A program made the translations under genes and the position numbers. DNA of 63,918 nucleotides, filler included, from Octopus bimaculoides (taxonomy: Eukaryota), in assembly GCF_001194135.2 (NCBI RefSeq). It is 5 parts of 5 records of this genome, joined end to end, with 100 filler letters (N's around TTAATTAATTAA, not from the genome) between each part and the next. Parts side by side here need not be neighbours in the genome. Positions count along the whole stretch, not along the records: positions 22,981 to 45,919 come from NC_068987.1; positions 46,020 to 58,650 come from NC_069005.1; 3 more parts are not named here. The stretch is one strand, 5' to 3'. Shown one piece after another: positions 37,268 to 49,377 of the stretch (position 1 is its first letter; each line of letters begins with the position of its first letter). The notes beneath the pieces are model-generated. The model worked only from the letters and a program-made list of their open reading frames with translations. It did no database searches and had not been told where the DNA came from.

Positions 37268-38555
37268 CACGCGCGCGTGTGTGTGTATCGGTATATCCTC
37301 GTTTTGCGCCAAAACGGCTCGACCGATATTTCTTAAACTTCACACGCACATTGCTTATATGTCTGGGGAGGTTTTAAGTATAAATTGATTTCGAAAAAAT
37401 GTTCGGGTAAACGACAGGAGGAACCACAGTCCGGCGCGGGTAAATGGCGGGAGTAACTATGACTCTCATCTTATGTTTGCATATGCGTGGGTATGTTTGG
37501 GGGTATGTAGGAGGGTGTGTGGGCGGATGTTAGAAACTGGCAACAATTACACCCTCTTGCGGGTAAACGGAGTGAGGAACCATATTTCAGCGCGGGTAAA
37601 CGGTGGGAGTAACCATAGCTCTCAGTTCAACGGAGATCTACATTGGCTTTGCCAAAGAGCCATTTTGGCTCCTAAAAGCGTTGTGGTCAGTGCAATCAAC
37701 AACAACCTCTTACTGCATTTGCCTGGGGACGTGACAGTCTATAAGTCAGTAGACATCATTCCCAATCAGGATGAGGTAGTTGATTATCCCACTGAATTTT
37801 TGAATTCCTTTGAGCCTTCAGGTGTATCTCCACATATTCTTACTCTTAAAATAGGTAGCCCTGTTATGCTGATAAGGAATTTAAATCCACCGACGTTGGG
37901 CATTGTTATCACAAAATTACTTCCCAATGTCATTGAAGCATCGATTATGACCGTCTGTGGTAAAAGTCAAGACGTCTTGATACTGCGAATTCCCCTTATG
38001 CCGTCGGCTGCTGACTTACCGTTCACATTCCGCAGACTGCATTTTCCGATTAGACTCAGTTACTCAGTCCATTAATAAGTCCCAGGAGCAGTCGCTGTCT
38101 GTCGTTGAACTTTACTTAGCCGAACCATGCTTTTCACGCGGTCAACTGTACGTTGGCTGCTGAAGAGTGGGTTGTAGGAACAGTTTATATACCTTCATCC
38201 CCTAGGGGAAAACAAAAAATGCTGTTTGTAAGGAAGTTTTGTAGACTTGCCGTACTGGCATATTTCACTCCTACGTTATTGCTGTAATAATTTTTGTTGC
38301 TTTATTTTTTCACTTGATTGTTGTCGTAATATTGCACGTGCGGTTCCCTTTAAGAGTTACTTAGGTGTTAGTCTTGCCATAAAACGTGAAAGGTGTTTAA
38401 GGGAGGGGGCGTTAATCGCTTTATTAGTTTCATAACCTTTTCGAACTAACGACCTCGGGCAACGCCGGTGCGCCTGCTAGTACATTATTAAATTCTGAAA
38501 TGATTAGAATAACAAGTAATTAAAACTGCGATATTTCATGTGAAACAACAGAATA
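36034..38555 (-). mobile_element. Mariner (DD34D) transposon, decayed, with nested Helitron
   Basis: TA-flanked TIRs ttaggttgtttcacatgaaatgtcg (36036) and cgatatttcatgtgaaacaacagaa (38529-38553). HTH part YEYKLDHSAAEVLRNIKQAFG..RTVQRWF..SLENKPRGRP; catalytic part LLHDNARPH..HPPYSPD. Confidence 0.92.
37174..38480 (+). mobile_element. Non-autonomous Helitron retaining a PIF1-like helicase C-terminal fragment
   Basis: 5' TC after A37173; 3' GC-rich hairpin and CTAG before T38481; no TSD. Translation RAILAPK..YPTEFLNSFEPSGVSPHILTLKIGSPVMLIRNLNPP..FPIRLSY..NKSQ..GQLYVG (37650-38200). Confidence 0.93.
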
Positions 38556-38804
38556 TACATATACATGTGTGTGTGTGTGTGTCTGTGTGTGTGTGTGTGT
38601 GTGTGTGTACATACACTCACATACACACATACACACACATCGTAAAACGGATTATCACAATAAAATAATTTCAAAATACGTGTTAAAATCTTTAAGATCC
38701 ATAATTACAAAACTACATTAAAGTATTAAATTTCAAACAGGTCTAACTTCTTGTAGAGAATATTCATTGCAATATACCTTTGAAATGACTTGATACTAAC
38801 TTTC

Positions 38805-38848
<44 letters not shown>

Positions 38849-39589
38849 CATAGTAAAAATAGATACCCTTCTAGATAATTAAAAGGGTGAGATACCGTAC
38901 ATATTTACAAATACACATATAACTACATGTATCGTTACATAGATAAAAAGTAAAACACACATACGCATACATGTTTGCTTATATATATACAAATGAAAGT
39001 TAAATATAAAAATATGCATGCATGCATGTAAATATGAGTGCACATATGAAAATTGCAATGAATTTATATAAGATCAATAATACTACGAACATTGATTTGA
39101 TGCTATAACCACACACACACATAAGATATACAGCACAATAAATATTTGGTAACATTCCCATCAAAACCTCGATAAAATACAAACAAATCACCCCGCACCC
39201 CTAAGTGGTTGTATGAAACCCAGTCTAAGTAAATATTAGCTGGAGAAATCGAGTAAAAGACATTTATAAACAACTATTTTAAATTCCGTAACTTGTCTAT
39301 TTTTCTTATAAATTTACATTTGTATCATTAGTGAATGGCACGCCTGGTCGTTTTTGTGGCTGTTGTTTAGTGCCTGGTAATATCACTATCATGATTGAGC
39401 AGACCTATAACACTATAACTAAATTTCAAATTTTTTGCCTTTGGCCAGTAAATGTTGTTTCCTATTTGCTTCTATTTAGAAATCAAAGGAAACTACTACT
39501 GTTCCCTTCAAACTTTGCTTTTGTCCCCTGGACATCAATGTTTTGAACCTGACCGATTTTCCATTACATTTCAGACCGCTTCAGCGCTG

Positions 39590-39775
39590 AGTTGCTGAAG
39601 CAGAAATATCGTTATAGCAAATATTCTGCTAAATACCACAGATTTGCATGTCATTTGCTTGACCTTAATCATTTGAGCATGTCCTTTTGTGGCTGAGAAT
39701 ATGTACATCTCTGATGATGAGCAGGAGTAGTTAGGGAGCATCATAGCCATGTGTTGAGAAAGATTCTTTGAGGTT
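39590..39775 (+). mobile_element. Probable interspersed repeat (retroposon 3' UTR-like)
   Basis: Recalled resemblance to a high-copy cephalopod repeat; not verifiable within the window. Confidence 0.3.
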
Positions 39776-39952
39776 AGTATAAATGTAACAAAAGTAAAGT
39801 TTGAAGGAAATGTTTGTCATACTTTGTGAGGTAAGCAAATAAGACATAATCGTTGCTACCCAAAGACAAAAATCGTGTTACAGAGTGTAATCAAAAGCAT
39901 TCCATACATGCCCATGGTGTTGTTTCTCTTCCAAGTATCATTTATTTGTGCT

Positions 39953-40154
39953 ACTTTAGCGTGGGGTCTGCTGCAGTAACTGTAGTTAGTATAAGCTGTT
40001 AAGTGACCTGATCTTGGTTAGGATTAGATTTATGGTTTAGAGTTTGGGTAATGTTAGGCGTTAGAGTTAGGATTAGAGTTTAGGATAAAGGTTAGAGTTA
40101 GTGTTAAGATTGCACGCTAAAGTGTAAATGACCAGGTGGGCCGCACGCTAAAGT
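39953..40154. mobile_element. Small element with short inverted repeats enclosing degenerate telomere-like (TTAGRG) repeats
   Basis: actttagcgtg at 39953; its reverse complement cacgctaaagt at 40113 and 40144. Interior ttagga/ttagag/ttaggc units. Confidence 0.65.
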
Positions 40155-40733
40155 GACACACATTTATTTGATATATTATAATCCAATGTAGACGTCGATA
40201 ATAACATCTTTTACAAGATTTCAGGTGTGATTTTGGTGTCTTGTCTGCTCTTCCTAACAAATCAAGAAATCATATAAAAAGTTCCTTTATTGGCTTCTAG
40301 TTATATTAATATGTGTTCAAAGAGGAATCTTCAAAAGTTGGTGCTTGCAACCAAAGGAGTTGAGCTAACACGTATTCTATAAATTCAGTGTGTTATAAAA
40401 AAAAAGTGAAAATGAAAATATTGAAGAATTTTCTAAACTTCAATAAATTTTATATAGTTTAGTTGTCAACATTCCAATGATCGAGCACAATTTTTTATAG
40501 GGAAAATGTTAATTTGAAGAGACATTCAAATATACAGATTTTATTAGTAACTAATGCATACTAACATATAAGCGTAAATATATAAATATGTGCTTACACA
40601 TACTCACACACAGACAAGCCCACAGTCATGCACATACACACACGCACATACATGTATAAATACCGTCGTGTACATACACAATTCATATTTGCATAATATG
40701 TATGTGTGTATATGTGTGTATATACATACACAC

Positions 40734-40780
<47 letters not shown>

Positions 40781-40859
40781 CATATATGTATGTATGTATT
40801 TCAAATGTAATGAATGTATGTACACATACATGTCTACCAGTATGTGTATGCATGTTTGT

Positions 40860-41030
40860 GTGTGCTGGTTTGTTTATGTCCCCGTAACTTAGAGGTTCGG
40901 AAAAAAGGCATCGATAGAATAAGGCTTTCACAAAATGAGTACTGGTGTCAGTTTGTTCGTCTAAACCCTTCAAGGTTGTGCTCCAGCATGGCTTTAGTGC
41001 AATGACTGAAAGAGGTAAAAAATAAAAGGT
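40860..41030 (+). mobile_element. SINE A 3' half
   Basis: tccccgtaacttagaggttcgg..gtgctccagcatggc..aatgactgaaa. Confidence 0.85.
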
Positions 41031-41109
41031 AACTAGGATACGCACATATATATACATAACTAATCACAGTGAATTATGGCGTCATTTCTAATAACTGACA
41101 GGGCAGCAT

Positions 41110-42520
41110 CACCTTCAACTGATACAAAGTAAAAGGAGAGGTTCTAGAAAGAAGCAACTAATGCATCAAATTGAGGGACCAGGCAGAATGGGTTACAGAA
41201 CAACTTAATCAAGAAAAGAATTAGCAAGATGAGATTTAGTTTGGATCTGTGCAAGGACGGGGCCCCACTAAAGCATTTTCCACAGTGACATAATTATACA
41301 AGGAATTTTAAAAACTAAGAACACGTTACTATCATTCGTTAACATAGAGAACATCTTTGACTGTATTTCCAGATCTATAGCCGAGCGATCGCCAATAAAC
41401 TGTACGTAGATTAATGGGATTATGAGAACCGTACAAGTCATATATAATATGTCTACTGTCAGCATGGTAAGAGTTAGCAACAAGTGCAATTAGAGATACG
41501 AGGAGGTGCCCCAAAGTAATTGGAAACGTTCTGTGTAGGACAAACCCGTTGTTGTTCAGGCTTCCGCCGCTAGAAACCACTTGATGCGACCCTCAGTCAT
41601 CAGTTTGCCGACCGCGTCGTCATGTGAAGTCGTACAGTCATGTGGTGCGTTTTTGTTTTGCAGTGCTTCTCCTCTGTTCGTCGATTTTTGCGATGGCTAA
41701 AACGAAGAAACAGCGTGCTTCCGTGAAAGCGGCGGCCATGAGCAAAACACAAGTTTATGAGTGGTTTTCATGCTTTAGGAATGGTCCAACCTCGTTCAGG
41801 GCGACTGTTGGCCTCCCGAGCGAATGAAAACATCACAAAATTTCATGAACTGATCTTGAAGGACCGTCACCGAACAATTGACGAACTTGTAGGTATGACC
41901 GGTGTGTCCTGGAGCTCATGCCAACGAATTTTGAGCCTTGAGTGTGGAAAGGTTTTGACCAAAAATGGCATGACCTCGCTTACCCACCCTCCATATTCAC
42001 TCGATCTTGCTCCTTGCGACTTTATTTTGTTTTCTCGAACGAAAAAAAAATCCTTAAAGGAAAACGTTTTGCAGATGTGGAAGAGGTGAAGAAACAAAAA
42101 ACGACGGAGGTGTTAACAGGCTTCACTTCACAAGAATTCTAGGACTGCTTCGAACAGTGGAAAACGCCTCTGGACCGATGCCTTGCTTCAAATAGACAAT
42201 ACTTTAAAGGCGATAAAATTGTAAACATGTAAAAGTAAGTTAATAAAATGTTGCAGAATTCCGGTTTCTTTTGGGTACACCCTCGTATAGCCGTGAAAGT
42301 TGGTGTTTATCAGGGCTCGCTTTTCAGTTCATTCTTGTTCAATATAATTTTCAAAGACATATCAGTGGGGTTTAGGAATGGCTTAAGGAACTCTTACATG
42401 CCGAAGACGTAGTTCTTGTAGCTGAATTAAAGAGGTAAAAATCCATTCCTGGAAGCAGATACTAAAATTCAAAGGTTTAATATTAGTGAAGATAAATGTT
42501 TTGGCTAAACTGAATAAAAG
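41110..42520 (+). pseudogene. Decayed RTE-clade RT fragment split by a mariner insertion
   Basis: Left part resembles KGDALERxNYRGIKL..DEMQFGF..FVDLEKAFD. The right part reads KVGVYQGSLFSSFLFNII..ELLHAEDVVLVAE (QGS and YADD-equivalent motifs). Confidence 0.75.
41497..42287 (+). mobile_element. Internally deleted mariner element
   Basis: TA-flanked imperfect TIRs (tacgaggaggtgccccaaag / ttttgggtacaccctcgta). Remnants AMSKTQVYEWF, HRTIDELV, HPPYSLDLAPCDF, LKGKRFADVEE. Confidence 0.9.
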
Positions 42521-44309
42521 ACGCTTGAACTGCAGAAATTCTACACTGTACATCTAATGTAAACTTTAGATATATAAGAGATGCAATAGGATCAGAGGTA
42601 GGTTGTCAAAAAAAGAACTTCATACGTAGTAGATACTCAGGTGTTGTAAGAGCACTGATGAACTAATTTCTTTCAAATGTTTATAATTCTTTCTTTATTT
42701 TCTCCTTAGTAACAGTGAATCACCACTGTTCCCAGGGTAACCTAATTAGTAGTGAAGGATATTATGGAAGCATAGTTGTCCGAGTAAGAACTAGAGGGAG
42801 AGTAGAGAAGGGTTAAGTCAGTCAATTAAATCGACTCCAGTACATCACTGGTACCTTATTATCGATTTCCTAAAACGAAATAAAGATGGATTCAAAAAGT
42901 GAAATGGCGAAAAAAAATGGAAAAAGAAAAGAAAAAAGAAAGATTCGAGTTATGTCCTCTTCGTAAGAGTCGTAAGGCTAGATGGAGTAGAACCAGCGGA
43001 TGGGGGTCAAATTTCTCGGAGGAATTCGAATTCAGAACGTCAAAGCGTTGTTTCGATGAAATATTGCATGACATTTAGTTCAGAGTTCTACTGATTCTGT
43101 CATTTACCATTAATGGGCTTGGATCTTTTCAGAAAGCCTCTAAAAAGAAATCACAATATTTCGACACTTTAAGCTGAAAACGATTAAAGCTAATGACTCG
43201 TTGGAAAATAACACTGAGTGTTTCAGTATTCTCTCTCCCCAATCCCCACTCTCTCTCTCTCCCTCCTTTCTCTCACTCTTTTTCTCTATTTTTGTCTTGG
43301 GCTTTATTTGTTTCTCTCTCCCTCTCTTTTTACCTCTTTCTTTGCCACTCTCTTTGTCTTTCTTCGTGTCTTTCTCTTTTTATCGCATTTTGTATCCCTC
43401 TTGTTGCTTCTCCCCCTTCTGTCTCACTCTTGCATAAATTCCTTCCTTTAATTCATTCGTTGTATAGCTTGTTTTAGCTTCCAAGGCAAAGACTATAATG
43501 GAACAACGCCATTGGTTGATTGACCAGCAGAGCAGATATCATGTCGGCATATATTATCTGTGTAGAGGAAACGTTTACAGAAGCGAAGTTGCATGGCACT
43601 TTTCGACATGTATGAAGTGAAATTTTCATTGTCAAAAGTAATTCTCAATGAACGGAGATACTGCGTCTCATGTACAGCAAACACCGTTGTATGTAATCGA
43701 ATTTGGCTAATGACTTCCCGTTATCATTAGTAATATATTGCTGGCGTTTATATTAACAGTGATATTCTTACTTGAACGTTAATTAAAATACGCACGCGCA
43801 CACACATATACTGACATACATACATGCATGCATACATACATACATACATACATACATACATACATACATACGTACATACATACATACATACAGGCAGACA
43901 GACATACAGACATACATACATACATACGAAGAAGTTTGCAAAACCAGTACTCAAGATACACTACGTACCAACATGTCAGGAGAAAACTATGGCTGAACTT
44001 GGGTTACTGAGGAGAGAATGCAATCACTTAATACCAACGCTACATATGATCACTAAATTGGGGCCAATACACATCTGCAATACCTTTTTAATATTCAGAG
44101 AATGGTTAACAACAAGATCATTTCCTTTACAACATTGCTACCAAGTAGGTGGCTGGCCAAAATTAGCTCTAAAAGAGAAAAAGAATAAAACAAAAAAAAC
44201 ACATGCACAAATGCATGCATGCAATACAAAGATAATCACACACGTACACAGACACACTCATATATGCGTGAGCACAAGCGCATAAAATGGTTACACTGTC
44301 TCACATTGC

Positions 44310-44358
<49 letters not shown>

Positions 44359-44539
44359 TATACACACACACATATATACGCTCGCACGCCCATACATCAT
44401 CCATGCACGTTTGCACACACTGGTTTGCATGCACGCATTCACATGCTCAGTTATATGAGCGTATATACATACACATACTCTCGAGGAGGATGCCATATTT
44501 GTTCACTCCTATCTTAATTGATGTCTTACGTAAACCACT

Positions 44540-45250
44540 CCAATCTGGGATTATTTCCAATCGTGTAAGCTGAGATTATTTGCATTACGGAGGAAATATG
44601 CGGAAAATACGTAGTGGATAACTTTGACCTCTAATCGCGAAAATTGCCGGCTTAACGACTTCAGACAAGATACAAGTGCGTGGTTAGCCTTTGTCTTTAA
44701 TAGTGTCATTGTAGCTTCTCGAATTTATGCAACTCTAGGCATATTTATTCAAGAAAGCATCAACCTTATGCGATTCATAACAGACAAGGATGTGTGAAAA
44801 TCTGGCATCTATCGATTTGAATTAATCGAAAGATTTCTATATGGATGGCCATTACAACCAAGACAAGATTAATTCCTGATCGTAGCCAAGATTGATTCCC
44901 TCATTAGGCGGGATTAGAGAACAACTGGATCTATTGGGTAGTCAACAGAAACGGTCTCCTGTCGAAATCACTTAATATATCACACCCGCTACATCAAGTG
45001 TGCTCTGTCTCACAGCTACTGTTGCGACGTTTAAACGTACTGAGGAATATTCAGCTCGAAACGAGATAAGAGAAATGTTTTTGAAAGACGTAGTGAATAT
45101 CATGGTATGGGAAATCAAGATGATCTGCACCAAAATTGAAAGAGTATGATCTGGTAGCAGAAATATATAACTCGAAACGCCAAAGAGGTTGAGCCATGCA
45201 TTCGAGTTCTATAGCTACCAGCATTTGTGGATGAACCTAAGCTTTGGTAA
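44540..45250 (+). pseudogene. Decayed L1/Tx1-like RT fragment
   Basis: Ordered remnants VDNF, NLMRFITDK, LN*SKDF, NGLLSKSLNISHPLHQVCSVS and LLRRLNVLR parallel NFRPI, NLHLMRYII, LDQSKAFD, NGHLS..SVRQGCPLS and PLLRKLE. Confidence 0.55.
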
Positions 45251-45651
45251 AAGTTCTAGGTGTCTCGTTGGTTCAAGCATACACATATATACCAAATGAG
45301 TTGTTAATCTCACACTAATTGGATAGAAGAAAACTAATTGCCAAAATCTCAGCAGCGGAGAAAATGTAGTACGATTATTTGGTTGTTTATAACTACTTTC
45401 ACACCGAAATATATATTAAAATAGATTGGAAGTATTCTTTCCAGAAAGATAAGTTTAATTGGTTGAAAGTCCTATCTGTTAGCAACATCCACACAAGTGA
45501 AATTTGATGATTGCTGTGGCTGAAAACAAATCATGCACTAAAGCTGCGAAATCTGCGGAGATTCCCAGAAGAACGACACTTACGGATGTATGAGTAGATA
45601 TAATCATTTTATACGTGTGTACTCGCGCAAAGACGCGCGAGCATATATATG

Positions 45652-45919
45652 TACAGGGGTTGGACAAAATAATGGAAACACCTAGCATCATAGCATCATG
45701 ATTTTGAAACATCAATACAACTGTCAAAAGCTTGTTTATTTTTATGTTTTTTTTTATTTATTATCAGTGATGCTTAATATGTTTTGCTAAAATTGCTGTT
45801 TCTTTTCAGATATCATCAGGAAAAAGGTAATTAAAATTCATTAAAATGACATATCAATCGGACTTTCAAAGAGGTCAAATTGTTGGTGCTCGTATGGCAG
45901 GTGCTAGCGTAACCAAAAC
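45652..45919 (+). mobile_element. Tc1-family transposon 5' end (cut by gap)
   Basis: TA + CAGGGGTTGGACAAAATAATGGAAACA TIR; ORF from 45846 MTYQSDFQRGQIVGARMAGASVTKT (Tc1 HTH start). Confidence 0.88.
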
Positions 45920-46540
45920 NNNNNNNNNNNNNNNNNNNNNNNNNNNNNNNNNNNNNNNNNNNNTTAATTAATTAANNNNNNNNNNNNNNNNNNNNNNNNN
46001 NNNNNNNNNNNNNNNNNNNTTTTATTTCATTGGATAAAATAATTATTAATTTATTTCCGTACCGTCTCTATCGACAAAAAAGTTCTCGCAAAAAAAAAAA
46101 AAAAGAAAGCCCAGTCTTTTCTTGTTTTTCTTTTCCCATTCAATTTAATTTTGTTTTCTTTTCTTTGTTTATCTTTTTGTTTTAGCCATCTGCACCATTT
46201 TGATAGTAAATAATAAAATGGAGAAAAAAAATTTAAAAAATGATAAAGAATGAGTGCTGCCATCTGTTGGTAGTTTTTGTTTTTGTACATATAAAGAGTT
46301 GTCTCGCTTGATTTGGGATGAATGTTGGTGAATAAAATACTGAAGCAGATTATTTCAGCTCTCTTTACGTTTGTTAATGTTTCGATTCAGCTGTTTTATT
46401 CTTTTCATTTTTGTTGTTGTTCTTGTTGTTGCTGTCGTTTTAACCCCAGGTCAGCCCTGATCGAGCAGAGCCATCATTAAAGGTCAAGGCGTTCCAACCA
46501 TAACCCCCTATCATGCCTCATTGGAGCATTTTTTTTTTTA

Positions 46541-46668
46541 CTTCGGACAGGTCGATAAATTAAGTACCAGTTACGTACTAGGGATCGATGTAATCGACTT
46601 ATCCCTTTCTCTGTCCTTGTTTGTCCCCTCTATGTTTAGCCCCTTGTGGGCAATAAAGAAATAAATTA

Positions 46669-46680
<12 letters not shown>
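46541..46680 (+). mobile_element. SINE B 3' half
   Basis: ggtcgataaattaagtaccagttacg..gccccttgtgggcaataaagaaata. Confidence 0.85.
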
Positions 46681-46702
<22 letters not shown>

Positions 46703-47429
46703 GTAGTAGTAGTAGTGGTAGTAGTAGTAGTAGCAGTAGTAGTAGTTTTTCTTCTTCCTTCAATTCTGTTTTCGTTTCTTGCCGAGTGTCTTCTCGACAC
46801 CAAGGGCAAAATTTATTATTATTATTATTGCTATTGCAAAGTAGTAGGGTTTGGTTTGAGGGAGCTAGCTGCTATTCCTTTCGAGTTGGTCGAGCAGCCT
46901 CAAGGATCCTCCTTACTGTGTACACGAGTGTTGCCATCATCTGGTTTAAAGAGGAAACAATAAACCAATTTTATTTTATTTATTTATTTTTTTTTTTCCA
47001 TTTTCGTTTCGAAATATAAAATCAGTCGTTAAAGTCTTCGTTTTCTTTTTCTTTTCCACTTTTTTTTTTTTTTTTCCATTTTCGTTTCGAAATATAAAAT
47101 CAGTCGTTAAAGTCTTCGTTTTCTTTTTCTTTTCCACTTTTTTTTTTTTTTTCAACAAGAATTAAATTAAGAAAACGGGACTCTGACATCTTGGGAGAAG
47201 ACGCACATGTCTTTTTTTGAAAATTTGGATGGCGATTTTGCAGAGAAGGGGAAAGGAGGTCTATTCAACACAGATTACGATAATGAGTGTTATTTCTAAG
47301 TAAATTAATTTAAACAAAGAAATTAACAACAATTAACAGAAACAAATAAACAAACAATAGAAATTTTTAAAAAAATGTAAATCAGTGTGAATAGAGCTTT
47401 CCAGAATGTGTATACTTATCCGAATCTAG

Positions 47430-48494
47430 TCAGGAGATCCGTCCAGACATATTGACAGAGTTTGTGACCGATGGCAATTTCGTGTCCTCTTTTCCGCAAC
47501 AAACTTTCTTTACTTTTCCAATAAGAAATCTCACTTCGTTTCTGAAAGAATCGTTGAAAAATCCGTAGATGACTGGGTTTAGGGCATTACTTAGAAAATA
47601 CGAGCGTAATACTAGTTTTTTTATGCTGGATATGGTTGGATGGGTGGTTTTGGAAAACTTCTTGATGGATTCGATTATCCTCACTGACAAACCCGGCATA
47701 AAGGACAAAATAAACAAAAGCGTTACTAGAAAAACCGTTAAGTTTGTTTTGCCCATTGCCCGGGATTTAGTCAGGCGTCGATTAGATTGATTGGGGTCTT
47801 CGTGCGCCGTGTTCTCGCCGGGGATTTGACCGTGTGACCTTCGCCACACTTGACGCCATATCAGCGTGTAGTTGGTCAGCATGAACACAAACGACATGAG
47901 AATGATACCGAGAATGATGAAGTAGTACAGTGATGGGTAAATGGTTGATTTCATGTTGTCGGCCACCGAACAGTCCGAGCCGTTCATGGTGGAAACTGGC
48001 GTGGGTGTCGTGCGAATGCCGTAAATAACCACCGTCGGCCAGGTTAAAATAGCGGCTATGATTGTCATTAGAGCAGATATCTTCCGCGCCATTTTGGGCG
48101 AAATTTGAACTTTGAGTGGATGGCAGACTCGGCGATAGCGGTCGATGGAAATGACTAGAAGAATCAAACTAGAAGCACCATTCGTTAGGAAAGTGATAAA
48201 TCGTAACATCTTGCAGAGAAGACCAGACGGAAACATATACGGATAACGGAGGTCGAGAAATTCTGTAGGCATTCCAATGCTGCAGCACAAAAGATCGAAT
48301 ATGCCTAAAGTTATAATAAAACAGTTCGTTGTGGTTTTCCGCATTCGAAAGCAGAATATGTAACAAACGATAATATTTCCAATCGTACCAATGAACATGA
48401 GGATTCCAATATAAATAACGGCCGGAATACCAACCAAAAATCTGTCATCGTTTAATTCTTGGAGTGACACGTTAACAGGAACACTCGCCGCCAT
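47430..48494 (-). CDS. Single-exon class A (rhodopsin-like) GPCR, 354 aa; orphan, peptide-receptor-like
   Basis: Uninterrupted ORF with seven hydrophobic segments. Motifs: TM1 GN (IGTIGN), TM2 Asp (LGIFDL), TM3 Cys (LCKM) and DRY, TM4 Trp (LTWP), ECL2 Cys (SDCS), TM6 SFMP, TM7 NPVIY, helix 8 (FRNEV), C-tail CC, N-terminal sequon NVS. Ligand and orthology cannot be assigned from sequence alone. Confidence 0.96.
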   Translation of the reverse strand: MAASVPVNVSLQELNDDRFLVGIPAVIYIGILMFIGTIGNIIVCYIFCFRMRKTTTNCFIITLGIFDLLCCSIGMPTEFLDLRYPYMFPSGLLCKMLRFITFLTNGASSLILLVISIDRYRRVCHPLKVQISPKMARKISALMTIIAAILTWPTVVIYGIRTTPTPVSTMNGSDCSVADNMKSTIYPSLYYFIILGIILMSFVFMLTNYTLIWRQVWRRSHGQIPGENTAHEDPNQSNRRLTKSRAMGKTNLTVFLVTLLFILSFMPGLSVRIIESIKKFSKTTHPTISSIKKLVLRSYFLSNALNPVIYGFFNDSFRNEVRFLIGKVKKVCCGKEDTKLPSVTNSVNMSGRIS

Positions 48495-48774
48495 TTTCTT
48501 CTCGATGATAGTATTATCTTTTATATTACAGTGTGTCCTTTATTTTGATTTTCACCTCTTCGTTTCTTTCTCCTCTGCACACGTATTACGCAAGCGTGTT
48601 TGTATATATATTATATATGTACCAGCTGTGTACTGAGGGTTAAAATTTTTTTTTCCAAATGAGTAACACTTCAGATAACTATAACGTCTCTCCTCCAACA
48701 AGTCTTTAAAATTGACAGGTAAGACATTATGAACATTATTGTTGATGCAAACGCTGTGGTTTATGACGAGACAA

Positions 48775-48775
<1 letters not shown>

Positions 48776-48825
<50 letters not shown>

Positions 48826-48928
48826 GGTGACGGCGCTGTTTTGCTGTGTTGTTGCTCCACTTGTGGTTGTCGCAGTAGGTGTTGTTGTTGTTGCTGTTTC
48901 GGTGGTTTTTGATCACGTTGCTCTCGTT

Positions 48929-48970
<42 letters not shown>

Positions 48971-49160
48971 GCCCACTTCCGGGTGGTCAGGCTGCCGTTG
49001 GTGCTGGTAATTCCGTCAGTTCTGTGACGCTGCAATTTCTTATCGTCGTTGCTCTAACTCACGATTCGTTTCTTTCTTTTTGTTTTTTATTTTCGTTCAC
49101 TTTCAAAGTTTCTAAGTTTTCAGAACTGTTCCTGCAATTGTCGTTATTCTTTCAGCTACT

Positions 49161-49211
<51 letters not shown>

Positions 49212-49341
49212 ACTGTTGTTGTTGTTGTTGTTGGTCTTGTTATCTGCTTGGTCAATGAATTCAGTTCTGGAAAATAAGATTAGAAAAATATATACCAAAT
49301 GCATGAATAGATAAATAACAAGGATGTGCACACACACATAA

Positions 49342-49377
<36 letters not shown>

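Noticed and set aside
40015-40110. True telomere or chromosome-fusion site
   Set aside because: The repeats are short and highly degenerate, show no head-to-head TTAGGG/CCCTAA junction, and are bounded by element-like inverted repeats.
47569-47790. 73-aa ORF antisense to the GPCR (and the 65-aa alternative frame 48169-48366)
   Set aside because: By-products of the GPCR coding sequence with no independent support.
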